Origin: Lingula anatina | Lineage: Eukaryota; Animalia; Brachiopoda | DNA length: 64,000 bases | Assembly: GCA_051362555.1 (NCBI GenBank) | Contig: CM120645.1 | Coordinates: 10,850,001-10,914,000 of the forward strand | Reading direction: 5' to 3' | Shown: in pieces, positions 1 through 14,900 of the stretch | How the letters are laid out: each line of letters starts with the position of its first letter | Numbering within the stretch: position 1 is the stretch's first letter | Made by a program: the position numbers and the translations under genes | Notes under the pieces: generated by a model | Told to the model about the DNA's origin: nothing | Databases searched by the model: none | Seen by the model: only the letters and a program-made list of their open reading frames with translations

Positions 1-73
1 TCCAGTACCATGGCACAATGTATGTCATAGATTACAAATACATAATGACATATATCATAATTCTACTGTTATG

Positions 74-239
74 CAGGGGCGTAACCAGGCATACGCACGG
101 ATGCACTGTGCGTACAATTTTTTGAGCCAACCATGATATTATTCTCCACAAATTCAGTATATTTTTCACGGAATATAATCGTACCTGGGAATTTTCAAAA
201 TCTGTGCGTACAATTTTAAAAGGTCTGGTTACGCCCCTG
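74..239. mobile_element. MITE with CAGGGGCGTAACCAG TIRs and 5-bp TSD (hAT5-like)
   Basis: caggggcgtaaccag...ctggttacgcccctg; TTATG on both flanks. Confidence 0.8.
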
Positions 240-400
240 TTATGGGGAATTGTGAACACAATGGTACCCCCCCCCCCCCAATAAAAAATAATAATTAATA
301 AATAAATAAATAATAATCATAACTGGCATTTCTACATAGTATTACATTGTTTAGAGCTGCTTAATCAGGTTGGGGGCAGGAATGATAATAAACTACCCAC

Positions 401-523
401 CTATACAAGTCCTGCCATCAGATCCCAGCTGGTAAAAGTTGTTCTGACACAGACATGTATCTGATCCATTCACCACAGCACACAGATCACTGCAGCCATG
501 GCCAGCAGCACAACTGGTCTTCA
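401..523 (-). CDS. exon: non-calcium EGF domain
   Basis: [40 protein letters not shown]; AG..GT, 123 nt, phase 1-1. Confidence 0.9.
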
Positions 524-1401
524 CTGGAATAATACACATTATAGGAACTTACTGGTCTGTTCATTTTTTCTTCTTAAGTTCAAAAAGGGCAACGGATACT
601 TTTACTCCTATTTTTTCTGCACTCATACTGGATAGGAAACACCTGATGGTGTTGAACCATATTTGTGTTGTCAGCTTTTCCAAATTTGTATAACAAATAA
701 AATTAAATTAAAAATCTGATATCACGGTTTTAATATTTTGATATAGCAAATGTCACAGAACTGGTTTTCACTTGTTTGATTAAGATTTTCTACTGAGAAG
801 GAAATATTCACATATCTAGATAAGATGTTTGTTATGAAATAAATTATCATGCCATTTTTGTTCATTATTTTTGAATCTTAGATCTTTAAGCAGAGGACAA
901 AAACAACAATCTACAAAAGATTTTTACAATGTCTTAAAATATAAAATTATATCATAAGTTTTACAGATCTTTATCACAGCTATTTACGACCGATTTATTT
1001 TCTTATATTAGATTCATATATTAGCATGATGTAAGTCAAAAGTCTGCACTCTCTGAGTGGTTTTCATAGTACTGCGTACCTGTGCAGTTCTTCTGGTCGG
1101 CAGCCAGTACAAAGCCAGGCTGGCAGTCACATCTGAAGGTACCGTCAGTGTTCACACACAGCTGGCTACAGTCATGTCGGGGGTTGGCTGCATCACACTC
1201 ATTGATGTCTGGGGGAGAGAAAAGGGGCAGGGTTTTACAACTGTTTCATTGTTATTATCTTTTTCATCATTAATGCTATCGATATCATTATCATAGTTGT
1301 TATCATTACTTCTTTTTTATTAATATGTTATCAGAATTGTCTATTATTGTCTTTTTCATTACCCTTATGACTTTTATCAATATTATCATTGTTATCATAT
1401 C

Positions 1402-1452
<51 letters not shown>

Positions 1453-4400
1453 CACTGCCATTTATTTTATCATTTCTCTCATTATTATCTGACTCATTAT
1501 TTGCTCAAACCCAAGGCACTACTAGCATATAAGATATCAAGGGCTATAAGCCACTCTGCTCAATAATTGCCTATACATATGTATACCAGAACGTGGACCC
1601 ACCATCACAGACTCTCCTGTCATCAGCCAGCAGGTAGCCAGTGCGACAGCTGCAGTTGTAGGAGCCAGGGTAATTATGGCACTGACCACGCCCCCTCAGG
1701 ACATCACAGCCACCAGAGTCTGCGGCCAGACACTCGTCCAGGTCAGTGCAGGTCACGCCGTCCCCAGTGTAGCCAGAGACACAGGCGCAGGTGTAGGCCC
1801 CCTCTGTGTTGGTGCATACCCCCAGGGAGGCATGGCAGGCGTGGGTGCCCTCACTGCATTCATTGGTGTCTATAGGGTTAAGTAAAATAAATGTGAAATT
1901 CAGAAATGTTAATGAGGGATTTCAAAATAGTTGGAAAACACCACAGTTGATGTAAGAATTTCCCTATTTCTGAATTTTCTCTCAAAATCCAAAAAATATT
2001 TCAACATAAAAAGTAAAGAACTTTTGAGAAAACACTCCACCTGCTCTTGCACAAGGTCCTTCTACTACTATTATCCTTTACTCTTCGTCTAAATCATGCA
2101 ATTATTATTATCACAATAACACTACTATTATCAATTCTTAAAAAACCTTACCAACACAAGAGCCAGCCACCAACCTGTAGCCTGCCACACAGTCACAGTG
2201 GTACCCAGGCTGGTCATTGACACAGAATGAGTGGGCAGGACAGGTGGCTGTCTTGGCAGAACACTCGTCAATATCTGAAACACAGCAGAGTATCTAAATG
2301 AAAATAGTGCATTTTTTCCTTTAAATTGGCTATAAACAATAAACTAAATAACGCAGAGAATATTTGTTTACAACTGCAGTAACTGTAGTGTCGGCGAGCA
2401 GCTGTAGATGATTGTGATTCCTGTGCCACACCATGCAGGTTTCACGCATTACATGCCACATTATATACATGACAAAGTGTGGGAATGTGTATGAAATTTT
2501 GTGGTTTTCAGTCAATAAATAAAGACTGCACTCATAACATAAAGTTCAAACAACAGTATTATAAACACTTTCTCAATGCTTGGATTATAAACTGGTAAGA
2601 TGACTTCATATGTCTCACTTACCAATACACTTTCTAGCCTCCACCTGTTGGTACTGAGTGGAGTCCAAACATTCACAGTGGTAAGTGCCTGGGTCATTGA
2701 CACAGCGGACATTGTCAGATGCCAAACAGGAGTGGGTACTGCTAGAGGAGCACTCATCCACATCTAGGGAAATGATATAAATATGCCATGTATAAACAAT
2801 AGTTTTCCACTGGAGGCACTTATGGAATTTAGCATTCACTAAAAAAATCTCTGTAGACAGCAACATATATCACGTTAAATTTTTGTTATTAATATAAAAG
2901 CTACATGTCATTATCATGTGTTTAAGCAATCACAAGCCGTTTCAAAAATATTCTTAAATATGTTCTTCAGGTGATCAATTTCCACTGTAAAGAACATTTT
3001 TGAAATGGTAGATAATTTCCTGCAGAGTTATAAACATGGCAGTATTCAAAATTGCTCTGATCTACTGTCTTACATCTCACTACCAATAGAATAAAATCTG
3101 CAAACCACTGGGGTCTTTTCTTCAACTTGGCAACTGCTCCTGCAGTATATCACACAGTACATACACTATACCACACTGAAGCCTTACCTGTGCAGTTTCT
3201 GCCATTACTGGCCAGGACATATCCCTTGGCACACTGGCACACATCAGTACCATTGTTCAGCTTGGCACACAGGTAACTACAGCCATGGCCAGCATCACAC
3301 TGATTGGCAGCTGAATATCAGGATGAGTGGTAAGAAAATGACTGACAGGCTATTATGACAGGATTAATATTGCACTCTTCATGAACATGCTTTTATTTTC
3401 TGGATTTGAAAGCAAATTTTGAAAATGATTCTGATTAAAAAAAAACACCTTTCTAAAATCTTATTTTTTTATTGTGAAAAATTTATTAAAAATAAACTCC
3501 ATACAAAATCAATACAAAATAGATATACAAACTGCATTGGTCTATAATCTATAAGGGTAATAAGGAGTAAATCACTGGAAATTAATAAAGACTTACGTTG
3601 ACAGGTGCGGCCGTCAGCTTTCAGCACAAAGTCTGTGGGACAGGTACACTCATAGCTGCCGACTGTGTTATTACAGTAGGCACTGGAGTAGCAGCCATGG
3701 TTGGATTCTAGTGCACACTCATTTTCATCTGGAAATATATATATCATTATATTGCCATAATGGAACTCACAAATTTAATACCTCTTATAGTCACTTAATA
3801 TTTTCAAGTTTTTTCTACTTTAACAAGATACCATTCCTATTAGTTACATACAAAAATAAGTCTTTAAAGTTGTTTCATACAGGAGTTTAAATTTACAATT
3901 CACAGATCTAAAACATGCATATAGATCCAAATTACAAGAAATTAAAACAAGAGCCCATTATAATCTGGCACTGCGTACCATCACAAGACCGCCCATCACT
4001 GTTCAGATTGTAGCCATTTCCACAGAAGCAGGAGTAGCTGCCCATGTTATTAGTACAGCCTTGGACACAGCCTCCCTGGTCACTGCTACCACACTCATTG
4101 AGATCTACAACATCATATTACAAATCAACTATATTAAAACACATAACACCTTGCATGTGTTATCTGGATTTATAAAATAATTTATTATTAATCTCAAGCT
4201 ATGAATACTTATGCTTACAACCAACAATTGTTATAATTATGGTATTTTCTGAAAGCATTTTCCCAAATTGTGCCCTCATTTACATAGGATTATATTACTT
4301 ATATTTCCCTACCAAAACACGCACTCACAGACATTTAAGCATACATGCATATAAACACAAATTCTGTTAGCAAAACTTTTGGGGGGGGGTTCTTGACAAG

Positions 4401-7400
4401 TACTTTAAACATGTATAAGTAAATTTCATTAATACTCATTTCTTTTTCAGCAAAAGATTCAAACTAAATACCCCTCCCCCTGTTTAAAATTTAGTGGATA
4501 CCCATATAGATGCACCAACATGATCTTATAATATGTACAGTCCTATAATGGTCCTTACCAGCACATATGTATCCATCACCAGTGAAGCCAGTGTTACAGG
4601 CGCAGGTGTAGCTACCAATAGTGTTGTTACATGTGGCATAGTTTTTGTCACAGTCATTGGTCGTTGCTGAGGCACACTCATCCTTGTCTGGAAGTAAAAT
4701 AAAAATATGCCAATTGGTGCAGAACTGACAATTAAAAAAAAATTCATTTACTTTTCACTACAAATATTTTATCAGAACCTTTCAAAAAAAGTACCAAGAT
4801 TTTTTTTCTTTTTGCAAGCATGCAAAGACCGTCTTCTAAGCAAATTTATCTAGAAATGTCTGCAATGTTCTCATAACTATCTCACAGTCTAAGAATTGTG
4901 GGAAAATATGGAAATAAATCAAATGCTTAAATTTTTTCAAAGTGTTACAGTAGCTAGAGCATCTGATCTCCATGGTTACTGGTACATGCAATGTAACTTA
5001 GCACACCCCAGATGAGATATCAGCCATTTCTAGACAACACTTAGTACATTAAATGTTACAGTATGTCATTACCATCACAAGTGTATCCATTGGAATTCAA
5101 AGTGTATCCGTTGTTACAAGTGCAGGTGAACCCTCCGTCTATATTCACACACGAGCCTCTTGTGAGATCACAGTTGTGCATGGCGGCGCCACCTGCAGTG
5201 GTCTGTGTGCACTCATTTATATCTGGAAAGTAAAAGATGAATAGACATATCACCTTCATTTGCCACACTCTGCTTAAGGTAGGACTACAGGTTGGAGATT
5301 TTATCTTAAAAAGTCTTAGCTTTTTTATTCTTGTTGCATTCATTTAATGTATCCTCAAAACATCTAATTAAAATCTTGAGCCAACACTAGTTAAAAAACA
5401 CAGAAATTCTGTGAAACACTATGCTGTCTTCATGTATCACCTGATATAAAAGTGTTATGTATCTTAGGGACTATATCGTGTGGCGCGTTAAGTGTAAGCA
5501 GGTCTAAGTGTGAGAGACCCAAAACTGCCGTCATACCTATACATGTCCTGTTGTTGGTGCCCAGTGAGTAGCCTGAACTACAGGCACAGGTGTAGCCTCC
5601 AACAATATTACTGCAGGTGGCGACACCTGATGGCAGGCACTGGTGGGAACCCAGACACTCATTCACATCTGAAATGATCAATTCATCAATTCAATTGTTT
5701 TGGTTCTTTAAATATGTCTTGTAACATATAAAACACTCAAGAGGGCACCTTGGCATCAACTGCATGAAGTACTCCAAAATAAGATATCATCTAAAATCTC
5801 TGAAATGCCATATTTTCCAACCTTGCATGTACATAATTTGCCAATCATGGTGGAAATATATATTTTGTCGATTACATAAAAACATCAGCTGAAATATCTG
5901 TTAAAGAAAGTCCACTGCTTATATACTGTCATGAAAAAAATAGCCTTTGATTATATCATCTTATTTCCAGATATCATAATGATAACTATACTTTATTCTG
6001 AAGTTAACAAAAAAATCTTTGTCTTACAGGTCTTCCCTTCAACTAGGATAAATCCACACATTGTACGACTGTGATCTTAAACAACATATAAAGTTCTTCT
6101 GGAGGACAAAAAAAAAAAAACATTAATTGATATCAACTTACCAATGCATTTCTTGGCTGCGTCCAGGGCGTAGTTGTCTGGACAGGAACAGGTGGGTACT
6201 CCACTGATGACAGCACAGGTTGGGTTCACGTCCCCTGCATTGCTACAGGTAGTGGCCTCCGAGCTGCTACACTGCTGCTCAGCTACAGATAGAAATCAAT
6301 TATATACTGAAGTTGTAAGCATTGACTTTTTATACATGACATACATAGGCACATACATGTGCTTGTCTGTCAAAAAAGAATACTCGTCAGTCTTGAAGAA
6401 AGGCATTCACTCTATATATACACTGCACATACAGGTATGTGCTTGACTGAAAAAACTAGCCTCACAGTCTAAATCTTATATCATAATTATAAAACACAAG
6501 CTGAAATGTTTTCAGTTGGATTACAGGCAATCTGGACAAAGGCTAGTGGATATCAGCTAGTGGATGCTGTTATTCACTGACCCCTAGGTCACTGAATTGC
6601 AACATATATTCACATCAGTCTATCAGGTCAGTCTGAGATGAAGGCCAGATAACAGAGAGGGGTAGGGGACTCTAGTAGAGAGCCTGTATCTGAGGTTAAT
6701 TTTACTTACGTAAGCAGGAGACAGCATCTGCAGGATTGAGTCTGTATCCAGTGGTACAGCTACAAGTGTAGGTTGCCAGACCATCAACACAGGTCTGCTC
6801 ACAGTTGTTATCACCATCACACTCATTGATTTCTATGGAAAAGGGAGGTCAAAATAGACCAGGTAATATAACTATGACAACTGAATTTTTTACAATATTC
6901 GTGAAATACAGCAAAATATTATCCAAACAAAATTAATTCTGAGTCAATACTATTTAAAATAATATACTACTTATTTCAAAGCTTCACTCACCATCGCAGG
7001 CATTTGTGACCGGATTGCGCTGATAGCCAAGGGTACAACTACAGACGTAACTGCCTGCCGAGTTCTGGCACTGGCCATTCAGACCACAGGGGTTACTGGA
7101 ACACTCATTGATATCTGAAATATTATGGGAAAGTTCATTGTTCACTTGCTTTGATGAGCATATTGTTCATTTGAAAATTTTACTGACTGTAATTCAACAG
7201 TGAAAATTAAAATCCAATATCACATAAAATTTATCAAAAGTTATCAAAGGAAAATTATTTTGATTTTAGAAATTTTGTTATTTCAATTACAGTTTGATTA
7301 ATAGTCCATACCCACTACTTAGTCAAACATGATATAAGCCATGATGGAAGTAGTCAACAAATAACTGATCCCGCTAGTACTTGCACCGAAGGAAGGCTTT

Positions 7401-7731
7401 AGAACAACACCCAAGTCAAAAACTACTACTGTAACAAAAAATTACTTTCATAATCCATCACTTTTTAATTACCCTTTTCCTATATTGGATGGTAAATATA
7501 ATATGTTGTTTTAAAAAATTTAATATAACTCAAGCAACCTCTCATACCTTGACACTCTCCAGTTTTTCCTGTCCCAGCATACCCTGTGGCACATGTACAG
7601 GCAAACGACCCAGCAGTGTTGTTACACACAGCATTGGTATCACAATTATGGGTGCCACGGATACATTCGTCCACATCTGAAAATTAATAAAAAACTCCCA
7701 TGTAAATTATTGAAACATGCTGTAAATATTA

Positions 7732-7809
<78 letters not shown>

Positions 7810-10800
7810 GAGTTAGTGTGAAATTGACTTATATTTGACAATATTAAAAAAATATTTTAACATTATGCTTATATTTAATTACAATTAATGTCATGTAAAT
7901 TAATGTGACACTGCACACATAAAGTTTATTCAAATATGGAATCAAATAACGTGAATATAAGACAAACATATGAAAACTATTTTGAAAAGTAATATTCATT
8001 CTGACCATACCAATACAAGTGTTGAGGTCTGGTCCCAGCAGATAGCCTGAGTTACAAGAACACTGGTAGCTTCCAGCCAGATTCTCACAGGTTTGAGTAC
8101 AGGGAGACGAGTTATTGTAGCATTCATCCTGATCTGTTGGGAATAATTTTGAAAGTGAGATTTAATCACAAATATCCAAAATGGATAAAATATTAAATGT
8201 TAAAATTTATTTTCTAATTCAGAACTTGCGCAGGTTGAAGCTTAATTAGTTGAATGTACATTATCTGCAATGTAAGAGCTTGACTGTACTAAATGTTGAA
8301 TGCCTAACCAAGCATAGTAATTAAAATCAACATTGTCAAAATTAATTTTGACGTCATACCCAACAGGCTAAATGTAAAAAAAAAAAACAAAAAAAACAAA
8401 TTTTAAGCTCTTTAAAATTATTATTCACCACAATTAAAAAACAGTGAAGTTTATAACAAGACAAGATTTTGAATTGTAAGTGAAAAGTGAGAAGAAATGA
8501 CTTGGTGGCCTAATAATCAGTGGTCTAGTGCTGCTAAAGGCAGAAAACTTGTAAAAATCCAGCTAAATTTTCCAATTTGAATTGTGTACAATATCAAGTC
8601 TGTCCGCAGTAACCACCTACCAGCACAAGCAGTACCATCCCCAATGAGCCCCAGAGGACAGGTGCCACAGGTGAAGCCAGTCAGAGGTGCAGGTCTGTCT
8701 TCACAGGAAACCCCAGAGTAACAGGGGGTGTCAGCACACCCATCTATGTCTGTCTGGCACTGGGCGCCCTCGTAGCCACTTTGGCACTGGCACGGCACTA
8801 CTACAAAGTTTTCTGTGGAAGTGACAACGTCATACTTGCAGGTGCCTCCGTTCTTGATAAAAGACAGAAACAGACGGGTTCAATATTTATGAAGATAATA
8901 TGATGTTTAAAAATTTAAGCAAAAATTTAAAGAACAGTTTGGAAGTATCTTCTTCCCAACGTTGGTCATTGATAGGTATATCCTTTTTGGATTGGTTGTT
9001 CCCAAAATAACACCACCCCCCCCTCCCCCACCATCACTACCATTTTAATTTCCTGGCTACATGCCTTGTAATACATACACCTTTTGCTACTTACGGTGCA
9101 GTTACAGAAGTGGACTTTGGCAGTAAGAGAGGCAGATGCAGTGCCATCACTGGCCACTATGGTCACGGTCTCGTTTCTGGTCAGGTTGGAAGGTACAGAG
9201 TTCCAGGACAGCTGTCCACCTGTTGGGTTTATAGCACAACCTGAGGACAGAGAGCATTGCATTCATCAGACACATGATCTGGTTTTGAGAAAAAAAGGAA
9301 AGGAGAATCTTACATGAGCTATCTAAAATAAATCTAAAAAAAAAAAACATTGTGCACTTGAAATGAAAGGGTCAGACAATCTTTTTATTTTTAATATATT
9401 AGTTTATAACTCAAGTATATATATCTTTGTACCACAAAAAAAAACCTTTATCCTTCTAGTTCATTGATAAATCTTGAGATAGTTTTATCTGATAAATATT
9501 TCAACCCCTTTATTTCAAAACCTTATTGACCTGGTCCAATAAATTTTGTATCAAAACATCATATTCTAAGTTCACATTGTATTCTGCATGTATGTTTCCA
9601 ATGCATACCCGGAGGAACAGGACTTGCTAGGCTGAATGTGACGCTGTCTCCTGAATTGGGGTCTGTAGCTTGGATGGTAATTGGATCCATGTTCTGTCCC
9701 ACTAGGAGTCTCAGGGTGACATTGCTGGTGGAGAACGATGGGGGGAAGTTATCTGGAATGTAAATTATGGTAAAACATTTTAGGATATAAGCTAAGGTTC
9801 TTTGGCTGGTTGTGCTGTTGAACTCAATTGTAAGATACGAATTATAAAGAACATTGAGTGAAAATTGTATATCTCTGATATCTGGGTTTTCTGAAGAACG
9901 ATGAACTTAAACACCTATCTTGTTGCAAATTCAGTACAGTGACTTCACATTTGAGTACGATAGACTGGCAGTGCGAATGAATGACTGTTAACCTGAATGA
10001 CAGGGTCCAACCTTGAATTTTAGCATAAACTCTAGTATTTCTATCTATATACACTCACTCTGTGTGGCCTGCTCTGTGGCCATTTGCTGCTGTGAGGCGG
10101 AGGTAGATGCACCCACAGCTGCGTTGCCTGTCAAGGCAATGTCAAACACACATTCCCTGTTCAGGTTGTCCATGCCTCCACACGTAGTAATGGCCAACTC
10201 TCGTGTTGCATTGTCAGAGAACATGGTGTCCAGGTTGAAGAAACTGCAAGAAAAGAAAATTTTATTTCTTTATCCCAATGTATAGTAGCATCTATTAATG
10301 AAAAAAATTGTTCACACACTATATGGTCATACACAGAGAAAAGCTAAGTAAACTCATATTTTTCTTCAATAACTTACAGTGGTGTAAAGGTGTAGTTTCC
10401 GTAGTCGCTTGCATTGTATGCACTGATATCATCATAGGTAAACAAGGACATGGCTGGGTCAATGGCCCCTTGAAACAAACAGAAATATCGGTGTATAGAT
10501 GAAACCACTATACTGCATGTATCATGTAGACAAGTTAATATTTTGAGGGATCAAAGACAAGACTAGGTCCATGAAACTTTTAAAAAGCACTTACAGTAGC
10601 AGAATATAGCTATCTTAAACAACTTACAGTGTTGTGCATAGTAGAAGACTTCTTCCTCTGTGGCATTAATAGACAACACAGAGCCATTGGGATACATGTA
10701 CTCGTCCATCTTGTCTCCATTGAAGTTCCCCATCAAACCTGATGTTTAAATGGAACATACATACATATAAATTGGTAGGTACATTGCCAGAATTTCATAA

Positions 10801-11878
10801 GCTTAGGGCACAATAATGTAATACATTTCTTGCCTTTTGGAGTTTCATGTTTAATTTTCCATTTTAATGTCTAGAATCTTATACATGTATTACCCACATC
10901 TATATACACATATATATTTTTTGCTTGTGCACAAAAGAATCTGAGACTTTTAAAATTTCAAACCCCACTGTAAACATACTGACCAGTCAGACTGTTATTC
11001 CATGCAGCAGGTGCCACCACTGTCACCGAGGTCATGTTCAAAGAGGCCTCCACTCTAATCTCTATGTCTGTAGAGAACCCCATGGAGTAACGTCCATTCA
11101 GCTCAGAGATGACCACCTTGGTGAATGTTTGACCATCACCACTGAATGACCCATTCTGGAGGATACCATTCACTAAAACATCTGCAAAAGGCAATTATAT
11201 TTAAGTTTCAAAACTGGCAAATATCAAAGAACCAACTGATGTTTGTTTGTATATAGAGTCTCTTTACATTAGCTAATATCATCAATACGTTATGTTGCTA
11301 GTTGTCCAAGTTATAAACAAGGGTATTAATTGCTATATATTTACCCAATTTTGAGATCATGCTCATTTCAATTTCATAAATAAAATGGCAAGAAAAGAAA
11401 ACAAACTATTTTTCAACATGCCTCTAAGGTAAAACAAATTGGAGTGACCAAGGCATATCTAAGTAGATATCAAGTTTCCAGTTTTCATAAAGAAGAAATC
11501 TAAATACTAATAATCAGAATAATAATATCAATTTTAAATTTGCAATGAATAAGATCCATAAATGTTTCTCTTAAATCTGTTCCAACTTACCAACACCATC
11601 TCCAGTAGCATTCAGCCTGAACTCCACAATATCACTGTTAGAGCTCCCTGGCACTACCTGTTGTGCAACAAATGACGTGAACACGGTAGCACGTGGTGGA
11701 GGGTTGGCGGTGTATGCAGGTGCCGTACGGCCCTGCAGCGTGAAGTGGTTGCCACTGACCAGGTTGTACTCTCCCCAGCCATTGAAGGTGTACTGGTGGC
11801 CATCCAGGGTGGTGATGTGGGGGTCTCCAGCTGACAGGGCTGTGAGATATAGCAGATAGAAAATAACTAGTCACTCTG

Positions 11879-11948
<70 letters not shown>

Positions 11949-14900
11949 ACATGCCTGAATATGCGCATACATGCCCAACATGCATGCAAACACAAACACA
12001 CTGAATCAGTACTTTTCAATTTTTCTTACGCTTTTGAAAAACAAGTACCTCTCACTCAACCTTTCAGTGATTTACAAAAACAAACTTCTGCATTAAAAAA
12101 ATCTGCACATCCAAAGCTCTAGAAAATCAGCATTATTACATCCTCTGTGTTCAATAACTGTCTTACACGTATAAGACTTGCCAGTAAAATGGTGACTGCT
12201 TCTTTTTTTAAGAGATCAAATTATGTTTCATTGCCTTGAATGTTCCACATACTGAAAAACATCATTCAAGGAGAGGATCCAGCATCCTAGTTTGAGTCTT
12301 CCAAAGTCAGCCCACTTATTTAAAATCTAATTAATAAGTCACTAAAAGGTGAATTAAATTGTGATCAACTTCTGAAAGACCTAGTACAAGGATGCCTTCA
12401 CCTGCCCTTGCTCACTGGTCCTTCAAATTCAAACTTACCAATGACTGCAGCAAAGAAGAAGCTCCCTGTGGAGATTGGTCTCCTGTCAAAATAGTCAAAA
12501 CAATGGACCCAGCTATTTAAGCAGCAGTCTTGGAAAGCCTTCACCTCACTGCGACCACGGGCTGTGGACAGGGGAAAGCGAGTGAAGACATTCATGCCGT
12601 CCAGGAGCCACCAATCTTTTACCAGGGCACCAAAGAAGATGTCGTAACAGCAGCGCGGGGATCGTGCTTCATCACCTGAGCCCAAAGGCATTCGCCTTAC
12701 ATAGCAGGTGGCAAACCAATTGCTTCTGAACGCAATCCAAGTACGCCTACTCAGCAGAGCAAAGACACGGGGGCATTTTCCTGCCTCCTCTGAAATAAAC
12801 AAAAGCACAGGGTGACAAACCTTTTTTTCATCAATCACCTAGTTGGGTACAGAGAGAATAAAAGCCCCCAGACCTGGTCAGGGGACCTGTGAATTTGAAA
12901 CACCTTCTTACAGGGGCAGACGAAGCCGTATTCTGGGTTTCCCAGAAGTCAGTAGGAATTTTTAAGTTTACATTGACAGGCATCTAATTTTTTTCTGTCG
13001 GAAGACAGTCGAAAAGGAAGAAGGATCAACATAGATAATTTGGAAGACTGTTAAAAATATCTCTGGATCTGTACCTTCAATGCACAGAATATTAAAAGTG
13101 ACATAAGTGACTTGCAATGAAAAACTATATATACTTTGAATACTATAAATACTATGAACTACTACTTTTTGCGAGCAATATACTTGTAACAATTATGTCA
13201 TGGGACAAATCAATTAAATTTTCTTGTTTAAAAATGGGAATTTCATGAAATTTTGGATCAGTCACAATCAAAGCATATTATATCTGTCATATGAGACATC
13301 ATATGCATGAAGTACAGCAACCTATGACACATTCTCAAGTAATGTGTCGATGAAAATAGCTCAATTCTACCTGAAACATTTGTACTGATTTACACTACAT
13401 AACAGATCAAAGCATTGAAAGATACTTACTGTTATTCCACTCATTTTTCTTCTTTCATTATTTACTATAAAACTCAATAAACTTTATCTTTCTGATAAAT
13501 ATAGCTGTATATCTTACCTGTATTGATTAAATATTTTCACAACATATTTCCCTACCTTTATTGAGTGCTCCAAAACGTCTCTCATATTCGATATCATCTA
13601 ATATCCAATCATAACAAGCCTTGCCAGGGTTCTCAAAGTCAGCAGGATTGTTACTCAGGGCAAAATCAAAGATGCCTTTACTGGTTCCGACCTCCTGGTC
13701 TATCCGCTCTATATGTCTCTTGTTTGCCACACTGGCGTATGAATACCGCCACTCTACACCACGACGAACAAATGGCCACCAGCTGTGTATAAGGTAGCCC
13801 ACACGAGCAGGGAAGTTTGGCTTGAAAAAAGAAAATTGTCCAAATAATAATACTGATTAAGCATATTAATTTACTTAGTACCATTACTAATTGAAACCTT
13901 TTAGACATTTCCTGTCAAACTATGAACCAAATGTAGATGCTACAGAACCACTCTGAATGATTATCATCTATTTCATAATGATCTTATAATACTAATTCTG
14001 AAGTGAGAAACCACCTGCAAGTTAATATCAGTATGTTTGCAATCAATAAGAATAAACATCTGACCTCAGAATACACCACCCATCAAACAGAAACAGTAAA
14101 AAAACAATCATATATTCTATATGTACAAGAAGAAAATTTGAAAAAAAAAACTGTCATCTCAAATGGGTGTATTTCATAAATCACCTTGGAACCATTCAAT
14201 GATGACTAATCATTTTAGACATGTGCTCTCACTACACTTTTGTATGCAATGAATGCATGGAGCATCATTTCAGACTTACAGAGTTTGCTGCATTTAGAGT
14301 CAGGTTCCAGTTCATGCCGCTGTCATCATACACATAGCGGCAGTAAGTGTTTTTGTAATCGGTCACAATGATAATTTGGAATGTCACCTCCTGAAATGCA
14401 CACAACATGAACATTAAGTCAGCTATATGCCCTACAATGTAGCACCATTCCCAAACAAATGAAACTTTATAATCCTATAGATAATATAAAAAATAGTAAA
14501 AGTTAAGAAGATTGTCATCATATTTTTGCTACTTTTCTCCAAAAGACAAAAAAAAAAGAGATATTGTCTAAATAACTTCACAGTTTTTAATCAGTCAGTG
14601 GGAACTTCCCATGCATCTTACTCCGGTAAATTCATCCTTACCTGCCACGTGTTAATCTTATGCTGCATCTTATTCCAGGTAACAATGATCATGTACTCTG
14701 CATTGAAGTTGGTCAAGCTATGGGCACTTTGAACCTTAGCAGAGGCAGTCTTGATTGCATTAGCATCCGCAACATTATCCAGTTTGAATTCTTTAAAATA
14801 GAGCCCACGGCCATCCTAAACAAGACAATGTGGATATGTGATATAATTCCTGTTATCAATTCAACAGTGTGAAACATGTATGACCAGGCTGCAAAATACG

